From contig JAYFOQ010000014.1 in assembly GCA_034932485.1 (NCBI GenBank), positions 33,467 through 97,466 of the forward strand: 64,000 bases of DNA, written 5' to 3'. How positions within the stretch are numbered: the stretch's first letter is position 1; every line of letters starts with the position of its first letter. The stretch is from Gordonibacter sp. (GTDB lineage Bacteria > Actinomycetota > Coriobacteriia > Coriobacteriales > Eggerthellaceae). The position numbers and the translations under genes are program-made. The notes beneath the pieces were generated by a model. The model was not told the origin of the DNA, searched no databases, and worked only from the letters and a program-made list of their open reading frames with translations. This document shows, in pieces, positions 1 through 9,032 of the stretch.

Positions 1-5
1 TGGGT

Positions 6-710
6 GTGTTGTCCCACGGATTCCCGCGCGAGAGCATGATTGCTGTCGAGATTGGAGACGTACGTACCAACTTCCGCATGCCCGATCTGGTTTCGGTTGG
101 TTTGGGTGGCGGTTCTCTTGTGCGTAAGCACGACGACGGCCATGTAACGGTTGGTCCGGATAGCGTGGGTTATCAGGTTACGAGCAAGGCTTTCTGTTTT
201 GGGGGCGACACTCTTACTGCTACCGATATCGTAGTGGCAAAAGGCCTTGTTGAAGGTGTTGGTAATGCTGATTTGGTCGCCGGTCTTGATGCTGATTTGG
301 TAGAGGCGGCCTATGCGGAAATCGCGCGTATCATCGAAGATGCGGTTGACGCCATGAAGACTTCGGCAGGCGACGTGACCGTTATCTTGGTGGGAGGCGG
401 CTCCATTTTGGCTCCCGATCATCTGGAGGGAGCCGATCAGGTGCTACGTCCGGCTAACTTTGGTGTAGCAAACGCTATTGGATCGGCCATCGCGCAGGTG
501 TCCGGTCAGATTGCCAAAGTGTTCTCGCTTTCCGAAACTCCGCGTGACCAGGCTATTGCCGAGTCGAAGCAACGGGCCTGCTCGGAAGCTATCGAGGCCG
601 GTGCCGATCCTGACACTGTTGAGGTTATCGAAGTGGAAGATATTCCTATGGCATATTTGGGAGACGCCCTTTGTATCCGCGTAAAGGCGGTTGGCGATTT
701 AATGCTGTAG
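6..710 (+). CDS. Hydantoinase/oxoprolinase family protein, C-terminal part (5' end lies outside the window)
   Basis: SVGLGGGS, GPDSVG, GGDTLTATD, VILVGGGS and VANAIGSA motifs typical of the Hydantoinase_A family; frame is open at the window edge. Confidence 0.88.
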   Translation: MLSHGFPRESMIAVEIGDVRTNFRMPDLVSVGLGGGSLVRKHDDGHVTVGPDSVGYQVTSKAFCFGGDTLTATDIVVAKGLVEGVGNADLVAGLDADLVEAAYAEIARIIEDAVDAMKTSAGDVTVILVGGGSILAPDHLEGADQVLRPANFGVANAIGSAIAQVSGQIAKVFSLSETPRDQAIAESKQRACSEAIEAGADPDTVEVIEVEDIPMAYLGDALCIRVKAVGDLML

Positions 711-731
711 CACAATGCATCTTGAAATGTT

Positions 732-769
732 AACGCTCCGTTTGCTTTCGAGTATACGGAGCGTTTTTT
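732..769 (+). terminator. Intrinsic terminator after the hydantoinase gene
   Basis: AACGCTCCGT / ACGGAGCGTT stem followed by a T run. Confidence 0.8.
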
Positions 770-947
770 ATTATGTCCAAAAACACGGCTGAAAAAGAGG
801 AATCCCATGGAGATATCGTATTCCCTAAGACCATTACCTCGTTTTGACTTTCTGCGTGCAGTGATTCTGATAGTTTTTACTTATTGATGTTAGAGGTCCT
901 TGTGGACGCCTAAGGTATTTGGCTGAATGTTTGAAAGGCGGTTGTTT

Positions 948-1424
948 ATGGGTATGTTCTCGTTCAGTAGCAAAAAGAAGCGTCGGTATGGACAGGGCGG
1001 CAGCTCTCAATATCAACAGAAAGGATTTATGTCGGGATTTGGTTCCTTCAGCAGTTCAGATCGACGTCGTGCTCAATATGCCAACCAAGGTGGCTACGGC
1101 CAACCTATGCAACCCATGCAACAACATTCCGGACAGAAGCCAGCACAAAACCCTCTCCAACAGATTATGCAGCAATTTAGTCAACAGCCAGTGCAGCAAG
1201 CACCCGATGCTGCTCACGCGGCTCATCAAGTGCCTGCGACCATGGGTGTCGCGCAGCAGCCAGCCATAATCTGTGCATCTTGCAATGCTTCTATTCCGGC
1301 GGGATCGAAGTTCTGTCTGCAATGCGGCACCAAAGTGGAAGATAAGCCTGGATTTTGCATGTCTTGTGGCGCATCTCTCCCGCTCGAGGCTAAGTTTTGT
1401 CCTTCGTGCGGAACGCCTCGATAG
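948..1424 (+). CDS. Double zinc-ribbon (DZR) protein with a G/S/Q/Y-rich low-complexity N-terminus
   Basis: Four C-terminal CxxC pairs (CASC, CLQC, CMSC, CPSC); SD GAAAGG before ATG 948 (954 also possible). Confidence 0.85.
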   Translation: MGMFSFSSKKKRRYGQGGSSQYQQKGFMSGFGSFSSSDRRRAQYANQGGYGQPMQPMQQHSGQKPAQNPLQQIMQQFSQQPVQQAPDAAHAAHQVPATMGVAQQPAIICASCNASIPAGSKFCLQCGTKVEDKPGFCMSCGASLPLEAKFCPSCGTPR

Positions 1425-1449
1425 TGTCAAGATAAGAGGCAGTGGTCAC

Positions 1450-2193
1450 ATGGTCCGCTTTGCTCATCTGTTCGTGGCCCTGCCTTATCTTCGTTTTTGT
1501 GGCAGAACAGTGCAGGGTTATCGCATTGGATCATGCTTAGGGATCGGAGGCTCGGGCGTAACGTTTGAGGCAGTTTCCCCTCATGGACGCCTTGTTGCAC
1601 TTAAGCTGTTGCGTCCTTTGCGTGCAAGCCTTGACCTTGATAAGGTGTGGCGTGAAGTGGGTTCGTTGGGAGCTGTCTCTCATTCGGGCGTGCCGGAGTG
1701 GTTAGGTATACTACGTGAAGGACGTGCTTATTTTATCGTTTTGTCGCGCATGCCGGGGAGGCCGCTTGATAGTTGGTTGTTCGAAGACCGGCATGCTTTT
1801 CAGAGAAGTGAACTTGTTGAGGTGTGCTCCCAGCTAATTGACGTATTAGATGCCCTCCATGCTGTCGGTTTGGTCCATGGGGATATCCGCCCCGCCAATG
1901 TACTCTATGACGGTCGACGGGTTTCATTGGTTGATTTTGGTTTGAGCTTGGACGCATCGGAACGTGCTGTAGATATTGCGGGGTTCGCTGACCTGTTGCT
2001 TTACTTGCTCTACTCGACCTTTGATTCTTCTGAGGGAGTGAGCTATAAGACAGAATCGTGGCGCGATCAGCTTTTACTCGATGGTGCGCAGCAGCGTTTT
2101 TTGGACGATGCGTTTGAAAGGCCTCAGGAATTTGACGAAAGAAAGCTATACACGCGCTTTGTTGAAGCTTTTGCGCACGAGATTGAACCTTGA
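1450..2193 (+). CDS. Soluble Hanks-type Ser/Thr protein kinase resembling Bacillus PrkD/YbdM
   Basis: GIGGSG P-loop, VALK, HGDIRPAN catalytic loop, DFG; SD AAGAGG before ATG 1450; no TM segment. Confidence 0.88.
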   Translation: MVRFAHLFVALPYLRFCGRTVQGYRIGSCLGIGGSGVTFEAVSPHGRLVALKLLRPLRASLDLDKVWREVGSLGAVSHSGVPEWLGILREGRAYFIVLSRMPGRPLDSWLFEDRHAFQRSELVEVCSQLIDVLDALHAVGLVHGDIRPANVLYDGRRVSLVDFGLSLDASERAVDIAGFADLLLYLLYSTFDSSEGVSYKTESWRDQLLLDGAQQRFLDDAFERPQEFDERKLYTRFVEAFAHEIEP

Positions 2194-2315
2194 TGAGCTT
2201 TGATTGAGCCTTTATTGAACTGCCTGAAAACAACCCAGCCTGTTAATGTGTGTTGGCTACCTTCTTGTCTCATGGGATAATGCTCTTTGCTCATATTCGC
2301 GAGAAGGAGACATTT

Positions 2316-3146
2316 ATGGCAGGTGCAGAAAATCGAGTCGCGCGACTCGCCTTGATCCAATTCGAGAGCGTATTGTGTGATCCGGCTGCCAATACGAAAA
2401 AAGCATGCGGAATGATTGCCGATGCCGCTTCTCAAGGTGTCGATTTGGTGGTGCTGCCGGAGTTGTTCTCGACGGGGTACGAACTGAACATCGTTGGTCC
2501 GCGCATTCCCGAGCTTGCAGAGCCAGTGGATGGCCCCACGGTCACGGCGCTTCAGCAAGCCGCACGTGATGCGCATTGTTATATAGTGGCCGGTCTGGCA
2601 CTTACGCATGAGCTTCCGGGTGTGGCGTATAACAGCGCCGTACTCATTGATCGTGCTGGCAATTTGGCGGGGGTCTATGACAAGCAGCATCTTTGGGCAC
2701 TCGAACGCTTTTATTTCCGCTCCGGGGAAGGTAGCCCAGTGTTTGACGCCGACTTTGGTCGCTTGGGTATTCTTATATGCTACGATCTCGGTTTTCCCGA
2801 AGTGGCGCGTATGCTGGCATTACAGGGAGCTGAGATTTTGGTATGCCCCTCTGCCTGGTGCGTTGAGGATATGGATGTGTGGGATATTAACGTTCCTGCT
2901 CGCGCCTTGGAGAACACAACGTTTGTAGCCGCCGTAAATCGATTTGGCTGCGAAGACGCACTTGTTATGCCCGGTCATACAAAGGTCTGCAATCCACGTG
3001 GCCGAGTGATCTCTGAATTGGAGAACGAGGCTGAAGGTGTCCTTCATGTTGAGTTAAACCTCAACGAAGTGATCGACCACCGCGTATCGAGTCCCTATTT
3101 GCGTGATCGACGTCCCGACCTTTACGATCAGGTACTGTTGCCGTAA
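2316..3146 (+). CDS. Carbon-nitrogen hydrolase (nitrilase/amidase/N-carbamoylase superfamily)
   Basis: Catalytic triad motifs PELF, YDKQHL, ICYD; SD AAGGAG before ATG 2316. Confidence 0.93.
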   Translation: MAGAENRVARLALIQFESVLCDPAANTKKACGMIADAASQGVDLVVLPELFSTGYELNIVGPRIPELAEPVDGPTVTALQQAARDAHCYIVAGLALTHELPGVAYNSAVLIDRAGNLAGVYDKQHLWALERFYFRSGEGSPVFDADFGRLGILICYDLGFPEVARMLALQGAEILVCPSAWCVEDMDVWDINVPARALENTTFVAAVNRFGCEDALVMPGHTKVCNPRGRVISELENEAEGVLHVELNLNEVIDHRVSSPYLRDRRPDLYDQVLLP

Positions 3147-3172
3147 CGGTCTACTCCTTTGCTAATCGTATT

Positions 3173-3213
3173 AAAAAAGATTCGCTCTTTAGTTGATAAG
3201 GGGCGAATTTTTT
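3173..3213 (+). terminator. Intrinsic terminator after the C-N hydrolase
   Basis: ATTCGCTCTT / AAGGGGCGAAT stem flanked by A6 and T6. Confidence 0.7.
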
Positions 3214-3272
3214 AATGAGCAAAACGGATTCGAATGCGCGATTCGAGGTTCACAAAAAGGCTTATAGACCAC

Positions 3273-3305
3273 AAAAACCCCGCTGCAGGTGAGACAGCGG
3301 GGTTT
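3273..3305 (-). terminator. Intrinsic terminator of the NCS1 permease
   Basis: CCCCGCTG / CAGCGGGG stem with an A5 run on the left (U tract on the - strand). Confidence 0.75.
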
Positions 3306-3337
3306 GGAGTAGCCAAAAGATAAGCAACGTATAGTGC

Positions 3338-4684
3338 TTACAGAACCTGATCGGTTTCTGCAAACTGAATGTTGTCAACCTTTTTCATGCTGGCGTATAC
3401 CTTCATGATAGCCCAGTACAGTACGCCTGCCAAAATCAACGAGTTCAGACCTGGAATGCCGATGCCAAAGATACTGGTAATCTCGCCAACAGCGAAACCT
3501 GCAATCCAGCAAATGATGGCCACCGGGTTCCACTTCTCAACCTTGGAGGGTAGCTTACCTTCGGCACGTGAGGTATCCAAATCGGCGCGCTTGCGGCGCA
3601 ACACGAAGTAGTCGATAACCATAATGCCGGCTACCGGCGGAATAGCTACTCCCAGCAACACCAGGAAGTCGGTAAAGTAGTTGATGATACCAATAACTGA
3701 AAGGAACGTACCTACGATGCCCAGCGCCCATACGAGTGCGTTGCGGCTAACCTTCTTATTGAATAGGGCGTTCAGCATGGTGGCAAGGCCCAAGCTGGAA
3801 GAATACAGGTTGATATCGTTCAGCTTCACGGTGGAGGCTACGACGATAATAACGCCCACAATACCCGACGTTGCCATCATAAGGTCTACGACGTTCTCGG
3901 TGCCTGTGGCGTGTGCCAGCATTACTGCTAGTAGGTTCATGCCCAACTCGCCCACGAACGTGCCGATAAGCGTCATCCAGAATACCTGATTGCCATTCTT
4001 AAGAAAACGAGCGTAATCGGGAGTGCAGATGGCACCAGCGATGAAACCGCCTGCAACCATGGTGGTGGCGGCACCGAGGGTAAGCGGCACACCCGGCGGG
4101 GCCATGGTTACCAGCTCACCGATGGTGTGATCCTGAAGGATGACCCATGCGGCAAAAAGCACCACGAGCACAAACAGAGGAACGAACACGGCAGCGAAGT
4201 TTGCGATAGCTTTGATACCGAATACTACGAGCAGCGTAATGCCAATACCGGTAAGAATAGCCCACAGGGGGTACTCAAAATCACCTAAGAAGTCGGTAAG
4301 GGGAATAATACTGCTCATACCCTGGCCGAATACAGCATTTTGCACGCCAAACCATCCCACCATTGAGATAGCCACCACGCCGCCGAAGACAGCAGATCCG
4401 CCTTTGCCAAAGCCCGCCCAGCGGGATAGCAGGCTGGTGGAGAGTCCTTCATGGGCTGCCGCTGCACCCAGTGCCCAGCTAACTACTTGCAGCAATACTG
4501 AACCCAGCATGGTTGCAAGAAATGCATCGAAAAACGTCATGCCATAGCCCAACGCTGCGCCCAGCATTAGCTGGGATACGCAGCAAATCGCGCCGATCCT
4601 GATGAAGAGAACCCGCCAAAACGGCTGTTTCGCTTCAGCAGGAACGCGTGATAACGAATAATCGATATCTTGGTTCTCGGCCAT
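3338..4684 (-). CDS. NCS1 family cytosine/purine/hydantoin permease (CodB-like)
   Basis: About 12 hydrophobic segments; GWFGVQ, PDYARF and NDINLYS motifs; SD AGAAAGG. Confidence 0.92.
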   Translation of the reverse strand: MAENQDIDYSLSRVPAEAKQPFWRVLFIRIGAICCVSQLMLGAALGYGMTFFDAFLATMLGSVLLQVVSWALGAAAAHEGLSTSLLSRWAGFGKGGSAVFGGVVAISMVGWFGVQNAVFGQGMSSIIPLTDFLGDFEYPLWAILTGIGITLLVVFGIKAIANFAAVFVPLFVLVVLFAAWVILQDHTIGELVTMAPPGVPLTLGAATTMVAGGFIAGAICTPDYARFLKNGNQVFWMTLIGTFVGELGMNLLAVMLAHATGTENVVDLMMATSGIVGVIIVVASTVKLNDINLYSSSLGLATMLNALFNKKVSRNALVWALGIVGTFLSVIGIINYFTDFLVLLGVAIPPVAGIMVIDYFVLRRKRADLDTSRAEGKLPSKVEKWNPVAIICWIAGFAVGEITSIFGIGIPGLNSLILAGVLYWAIMKVYASMKKVDNIQFAETDQVL

Positions 4685-5005
4685 AGTTCTACCTTTCTAA
4701 CGTGAAATCCCCTGTACACCGTAACTTGTTCGGTGCATTTTTCACGCAACGTGCGCCAACGCGACTGCGTACGTGAAAAGATGGGGGAATTATACCTTGT
4801 CGGGGAGGGATTCGATATGCGACACACTAAGTTGCGCACAAGGGAATCGTGAGCGGTACTTATTGGCTAGTGGTGCGGTAGGCTCTTTCTGCTGATCGGA
4901 CAGTACGTGGTTTGGGAGCTGCCCGCTTGTGCCGGCTTGACAACGTTCTGCGTTGTTGATGAGTCGAGTATGCCAAGAGTCCTCTTTTGTACTAGAATAG
5001 CCTAC

Positions 5006-5143
5006 ATGCGCACAAAAAGGCCTCATATACGCCAATCGCTTATGACGCCCCTGATAGGGTTCGGTGTCGTGCTGCTTTCTCTATTATGTTTCCTACTTTT
5101 TATGAGTGCGTTAATCATCATTGTGAGGGTTGTGTTCGGCTGA
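5006..5143 (+). CDS. Small (45 aa) single-pass membrane protein, probably leaderless
   Basis: In frame with track ORF 4907..5143; basic N-terminus then a long hydrophobic stretch; TAGAAT at 4993-4998 lies 7 nt before ATG 5006. Confidence 0.5.
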   Translation: MRTKRPHIRQSLMTPLIGFGVVLLSLLCFLLFMSALIIIVRVVFG

Positions 5144-5196
5144 TGAATAGTAATGGTTTAACTGCGATGTTTCGCACGTTTCGACAAGGCTAGAAT

Positions 5197-6735
5197 ATGT
5201 GGCAGCAATTCACTTTGAACGACCTACGGGTTATTGGCCACTATTTGGGCGTGCTTGTTCTATTCTCATCTATCGTATTGTTTGTTCCGTTCCTTACGGC
5301 TGTAGCATGTGCAGAATGGGTACCTGCTTCACATTATCTGTTCAGTATCGGTTTGTTTTTAGTCCTAGGTTCAGCTCTGCGTTTCCTGAGAATCGATCCT
5401 GGTCGTTTAACTCGTAAGCAAGCCTTTGCCGTGACGGGTCTTGCGTGGATTGTACTTGCTCTTGTCTCTGCCATTCCATTGTTTATGTCGGGACACTATG
5501 CGACATATCTCGACGCTTTGTTTGATGCTGTTTCTGGTCTGACTACTACGGGCGCGAGTGTTGTTCTTGATGTAGACCATTTGTCTTATGCTGATAATAT
5601 GTGGCGCTTTATGCTTCATCTGCTGGGTGGCTTGGGATTGATTGTGGTCGCATTGTCGGTGGGACTGTTTGGAAAACGTGCTGGTGCGAGTTTGTATTCG
5701 TCGGAAGGTCGCAGCGAGCACGTGGTTCCTAATGTGGTTCAAACTACTCAGTTTATTGCCAAGATTGCTATGGGTATCATTATTGTTGCAGCAGCGGTGA
5801 TGGTGGTGGTTTGTCTGTTTATCGGCATGGATCCATTGAGGGCCGTGCTTCAGTCGTTTTGGCTTTCTATCTCGGCTTTCACGACTGGTGGTTTTGCGCC
5901 TATGAGCCAGAGCATAATGTACTACCATTCCTTCCCTCTTGAAGTGGTTCTCATGGTGGTTATGCTGCTAGGTTCCATCAACTTCGTGCTTCATTCCGAA
6001 ATATGGAAAGGCCGCGTCGAAGTGTTTTTTAAAGACATAGAGATTCGTACAATGGTTCTGTGGCTTTCCGTGATGACGTGCGTACTGGCAGCGTCGCTTT
6101 CCGTGAGTCTGGAATTTTCCGATCTTCCAGCCATGTTGCGACGGGGCCTGTTTATGACAATTTCAGCTTTCTCTACCACGGGGTACGTGAACGTAACTAC
6201 AAACCAGCTAACAACGATATTTACCTCAGGAGCGTTTTTAGTAGTGGCGGTTCTAATGGCCGTGGGTGGCAGCGCTGGTTCTACTTCGGGCGGTGTGAAA
6301 TTTTCACGCATTGGCATTATCGTGAAATCGCTGGTCTCTACCATTAAAGAGACGCTCGCTCCCGACTCCGCTCGCGTGGTGGTGTCATACAATCATGTAG
6401 GTCGTCGCATTGTTTCGCCCGAGATCGTTAAAGAGGCTATGACCGTGTTCGTGCTGTACGTGGTAACTTATTCCGTGGGCGCGCTGGTGGGTATTGCCCA
6501 CGGTTATGATGCGACATTGGCTATATTTGAATCGGTATCAATGGCAAGTAATGGCGGCGTGTCGAGTGGGGTGACCACGGCGGGAATGCCGTGGACGCTG
6601 GAAGCTTTTTATATATTCCAAATGTGGGCTGGCCGCCTGGAATTTATTACACTACTGGCACTTATTGTTGAGATAGTGGTGTCCTTCAAGCCGAAACGCA
6701 GAACCCCTCAACCAGAGAGGGGGAGGGTGTTGTGA
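5197..6735 (+). CDS. trkH: Trk potassium uptake membrane subunit
   Basis: Pore-loop motifs SGLTTTG, FTTGG, STTG and GGSAGSTSGG; polytopic. Confidence 0.93.
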   Translation: MWQQFTLNDLRVIGHYLGVLVLFSSIVLFVPFLTAVACAEWVPASHYLFSIGLFLVLGSALRFLRIDPGRLTRKQAFAVTGLAWIVLALVSAIPLFMSGHYATYLDALFDAVSGLTTTGASVVLDVDHLSYADNMWRFMLHLLGGLGLIVVALSVGLFGKRAGASLYSSEGRSEHVVPNVVQTTQFIAKIAMGIIIVAAAVMVVVCLFIGMDPLRAVLQSFWLSISAFTTGGFAPMSQSIMYYHSFPLEVVLMVVMLLGSINFVLHSEIWKGRVEVFFKDIEIRTMVLWLSVMTCVLAASLSVSLEFSDLPAMLRRGLFMTISAFSTTGYVNVTTNQLTTIFTSGAFLVVAVLMAVGGSAGSTSGGVKFSRIGIIVKSLVSTIKETLAPDSARVVVSYNHVGRRIVSPEIVKEAMTVFVLYVVTYSVGALVGIAHGYDATLAIFESVSMASNGGVSSGVTTAGMPWTLEAFYIFQMWAGRLEFITLLALIVEIVVSFKPKRRTPQPERGRVL

Positions 6736-7424
6736 GCAGTTTGTTTGGTAAGAAAAACAAGACAACTTTATCTGTCGTCGATTGCGCTCTTGTGGCCTCA
6801 CTCTTCGAGAAATGTGTTTATGCGCGCGTTACCTGGGTGGATGTACTCCGGCATTGTTCGAGAGTTTTCGTTGTTGCTATAATGCTCTTGATTTTACTTG
6901 TATTTATGCCGCCACATGCCTTTGCTGACGAAGACGAGAATTTAGTTAACCCTCAGCAGCGACCCGACAGTTCATTTATCTATGATACTTCCATTGCAGC
7001 GCTTGCAGAGGCCGATTCGTATTTCGATAGGCAGACCGTGCAGGTGGTGGGCGAAGTAATTGGCGACAGTATTCGTGACGGCTTGCGTGGGCAACGTCGA
7101 TGGATTACGTTAGCTGCCGTGGAGGATGAATCGACTGCTACCATTTCGGTGTCCATGACGCCTGAGGCCGCTGCAAAGATTGATACCTTCGGGAAATACG
7201 GCATGACGGGAACAAAGCTACAGGTACGTGGTACCTTCTATTTGGTGTGCCCCGAGCACGAGGGTCTGACCGACCTGCATGCCGAGGCAGTTACTGTGGT
7301 TGAAAAAGGTAAGCATCATCCTGACAAATTTGATGTTAATGCGTTTTTGCCAGGAGTCGTTGCGGTGGTGGTTGGCTTGGCATTCGTGGGTGTTTTTTAT
7401 TACTTGCGTGAACGCCAACGCTAG
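6732..7424 (+). CDS. Conserved hypothetical exported, membrane-anchored protein (possible OB-fold); start uncertain
   Basis: Overlaps the trkH stop (GTGA); signal-like segment ending in AFA-D; C-terminal TM helix plus basic tail. Confidence 0.7.
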   Translation: MSSLFGKKNKTTLSVVDCALVASLFEKCVYARVTWVDVLRHCSRVFVVAIMLLILLVFMPPHAFADEDENLVNPQQRPDSSFIYDTSIAALAEADSYFDRQTVQVVGEVIGDSIRDGLRGQRRWITLAAVEDESTATISVSMTPEAAAKIDTFGKYGMTGTKLQVRGTFYLVCPEHEGLTDLHAEAVTVVEKGKHHPDKFDVNAFLPGVVAVVVGLAFVGVFYYLRERQR

Positions 7425-7441
7425 GCGATAAGGAGTTTCTA

Positions 7442-8440
7442 CTGAAAGGTCAAGTTGTCAAGCTGGATCGCGGGTATCCGCTTGTGCGCACCCAAGAGGG
7501 GCGACTGGTGCGCTGCGAGCATGCTACCTCTCTGGTGAAGGATGAACGGCTACGCGCCGTTATTGGCGACTGGGTGGAGGTGTCGGTACCTGAAGAACAC
7601 GACAAAGGTATTATCGATTCGATTTTGCCGCGGTCACGAGAGTTCGTGCGCAAAGATCCCACTGAGCGTGCTCTAGCCCAAGTTCTTGCCGCAAACTTCG
7701 ATACGGTATTGGTAGCACAGCCTTTGTCTGATATGAATTTTAAGCGGTTAGAACGTGAGCTGGTGTTGGCTTTCGAAACGGGTGCCGAGGTGGGCGTGGT
7801 GCTGACGAAGGCCGACTTGGTGGAACGCGATGAAGATTTGTGTGCTGTGCGCGAGAAAGTACGTGCCTTGGCTGGCCCAGCAGCTCAAACGGTAGTGGTT
7901 TCGGCTGAAGACCCTGCAAGTGTTGAAGTCGTACGTGAGTTGGTGCCACCAGGAACGACGGCTGTGTTTATTGGGAAAAGTGGCGTTGGTAAATCGAGTT
8001 TGGTTAACCTTCTTGTAGGAAATGAAATACAGGAAACGGCGGCAGTGCGTGAAGGAGACGGCAAGGGCCGCCACACCACGGTAAGCCGTGAAATGATTTC
8101 TATTCCGGGAGGCGGCTGCGTTGTAGATATGCCTGGCGTGCGGGGGCTGGGTCTTTGGGACGCCGATGCGGGTATTGGGGCCGCATTTCCTGATGTCGAA
8201 GAATTTGCCGCGCAATGTCGATTCCGCGATTGTCGCCACGAGAATGAGCCCGGTTGTGCTGTGCGAGCGGCTGTGGATTCGGGCGATTTAAGTGTAGCGA
8301 GGCTTGTCTCATACCAGGGTTTGCGCCAGGAGACCGTTCAGGTGAAAGAGCGCCGCGAGGAAGCTCGTCGCATGCGCGGCGAGAAGGCATCGACCAGCGC
8401 GAGCCGTCGTCTGGGAAAGAGTGGCAAGAAAAAACGGTAA
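7442..8440 (+). CDS. rsgA: Ribosome small subunit-dependent GTPase A, probable CTG start
   Basis: GKSGVGKSS, GRHTT, DMPG and CRFRDCRHENEPGC zinc motif; in-frame KGQVVKLDRGYPLV lies upstream of the first GTG (7484); SD AAGGAG is 6 nt before CTG 7442. Confidence 0.92.
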   Translation: MKGQVVKLDRGYPLVRTQEGRLVRCEHATSLVKDERLRAVIGDWVEVSVPEEHDKGIIDSILPRSREFVRKDPTERALAQVLAANFDTVLVAQPLSDMNFKRLERELVLAFETGAEVGVVLTKADLVERDEDLCAVREKVRALAGPAAQTVVVSAEDPASVEVVRELVPPGTTAVFIGKSGVGKSSLVNLLVGNEIQETAAVREGDGKGRHTTVSREMISIPGGGCVVDMPGVRGLGLWDADAGIGAAFPDVEEFAAQCRFRDCRHENEPGCAVRAAVDSGDLSVARLVSYQGLRQETVQVKERREEARRMRGEKASTSASRRLGKSGKKKR

Positions 8441-9032
8441 TAAGTTTTCAAATACTTGCATATTTTGCGCAGAAAGTATTTTCGTGATAAAGTCTCGGCG
8501 AAGCGGGGAGGGGTGGCGCGTTGCGCCATGTTCCGCTGGGGGAGTATATGAAGAAGATCAGCTTGAGAACCATGTATCTAATGGCTTTGTCTGCTGCGTT
8601 TGCCGCGGCATAAAGCGTGAAAAACGGCGACCGCTTGCGTGTTCGAAATGAAGTTGTCAAAGTTTGGACTGACCATTCAGATGGACAGCGGTCTTCCTCA
8701 AAGTAATGACGATGCGTTCTAAAAGTTGGGGAGTTCATAAATATATCGAAGGTTGTTTTAGTAACGTATTTGTCAGTGGAGTTGATGCGTTTTGTGCTAG
8801 TCAGGCATTTTTCGATTGTGTCATTGCTGCTGAAGAGATACAGGAGGAAGCCACAATATATTATGGAAGGGCTATCGATCTGACTTGATGTGTTGGCTGC
8901 CGTGAGTGTGCTGCGTGCTGTGAAAGATTGCCGCACCGAGGAAGGCGCGACTGTTTTGCACCCTGAGGTGGCAGGTGTACCACGTCTCCTCCCCTGCGCT
9001 TACGATGGTATACTATCCGCAGGAGGTAGGGG

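Noticed and set aside
4701-4779. parS site (TTTCACG / CGTGAAA half-sites)
   Set aside because: The halves never join into the 16-bp GTTTCACGTGAAAC palindrome; an RNA leader explanation fits better
4860-5196. ydaO/c-di-AMP riboswitch upstream of trkH
   Set aside because: The conserved elements (GCUGAAUCC, GGGGAACC, CCCGUCAGCUAACC) are absent
8548-8613. AgrD-like autoinducing peptide
   Set aside because: No ring-forming Cys, no charged C-terminal tail, and no AgrB or kinase nearby
8706-8888. 60-aa ORF in the spacer before LuxR-1
   Set aside because: No SD before either Met and no recognisable motif
8441-9032. attL/attR duplication of tRNA 3' ends (also checked 15821-15900, 21615-21783, 24119-24320, 42852-43140)
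   Set aside because: Only short purine-rich partial matches; no convincing direct repeat found by eye
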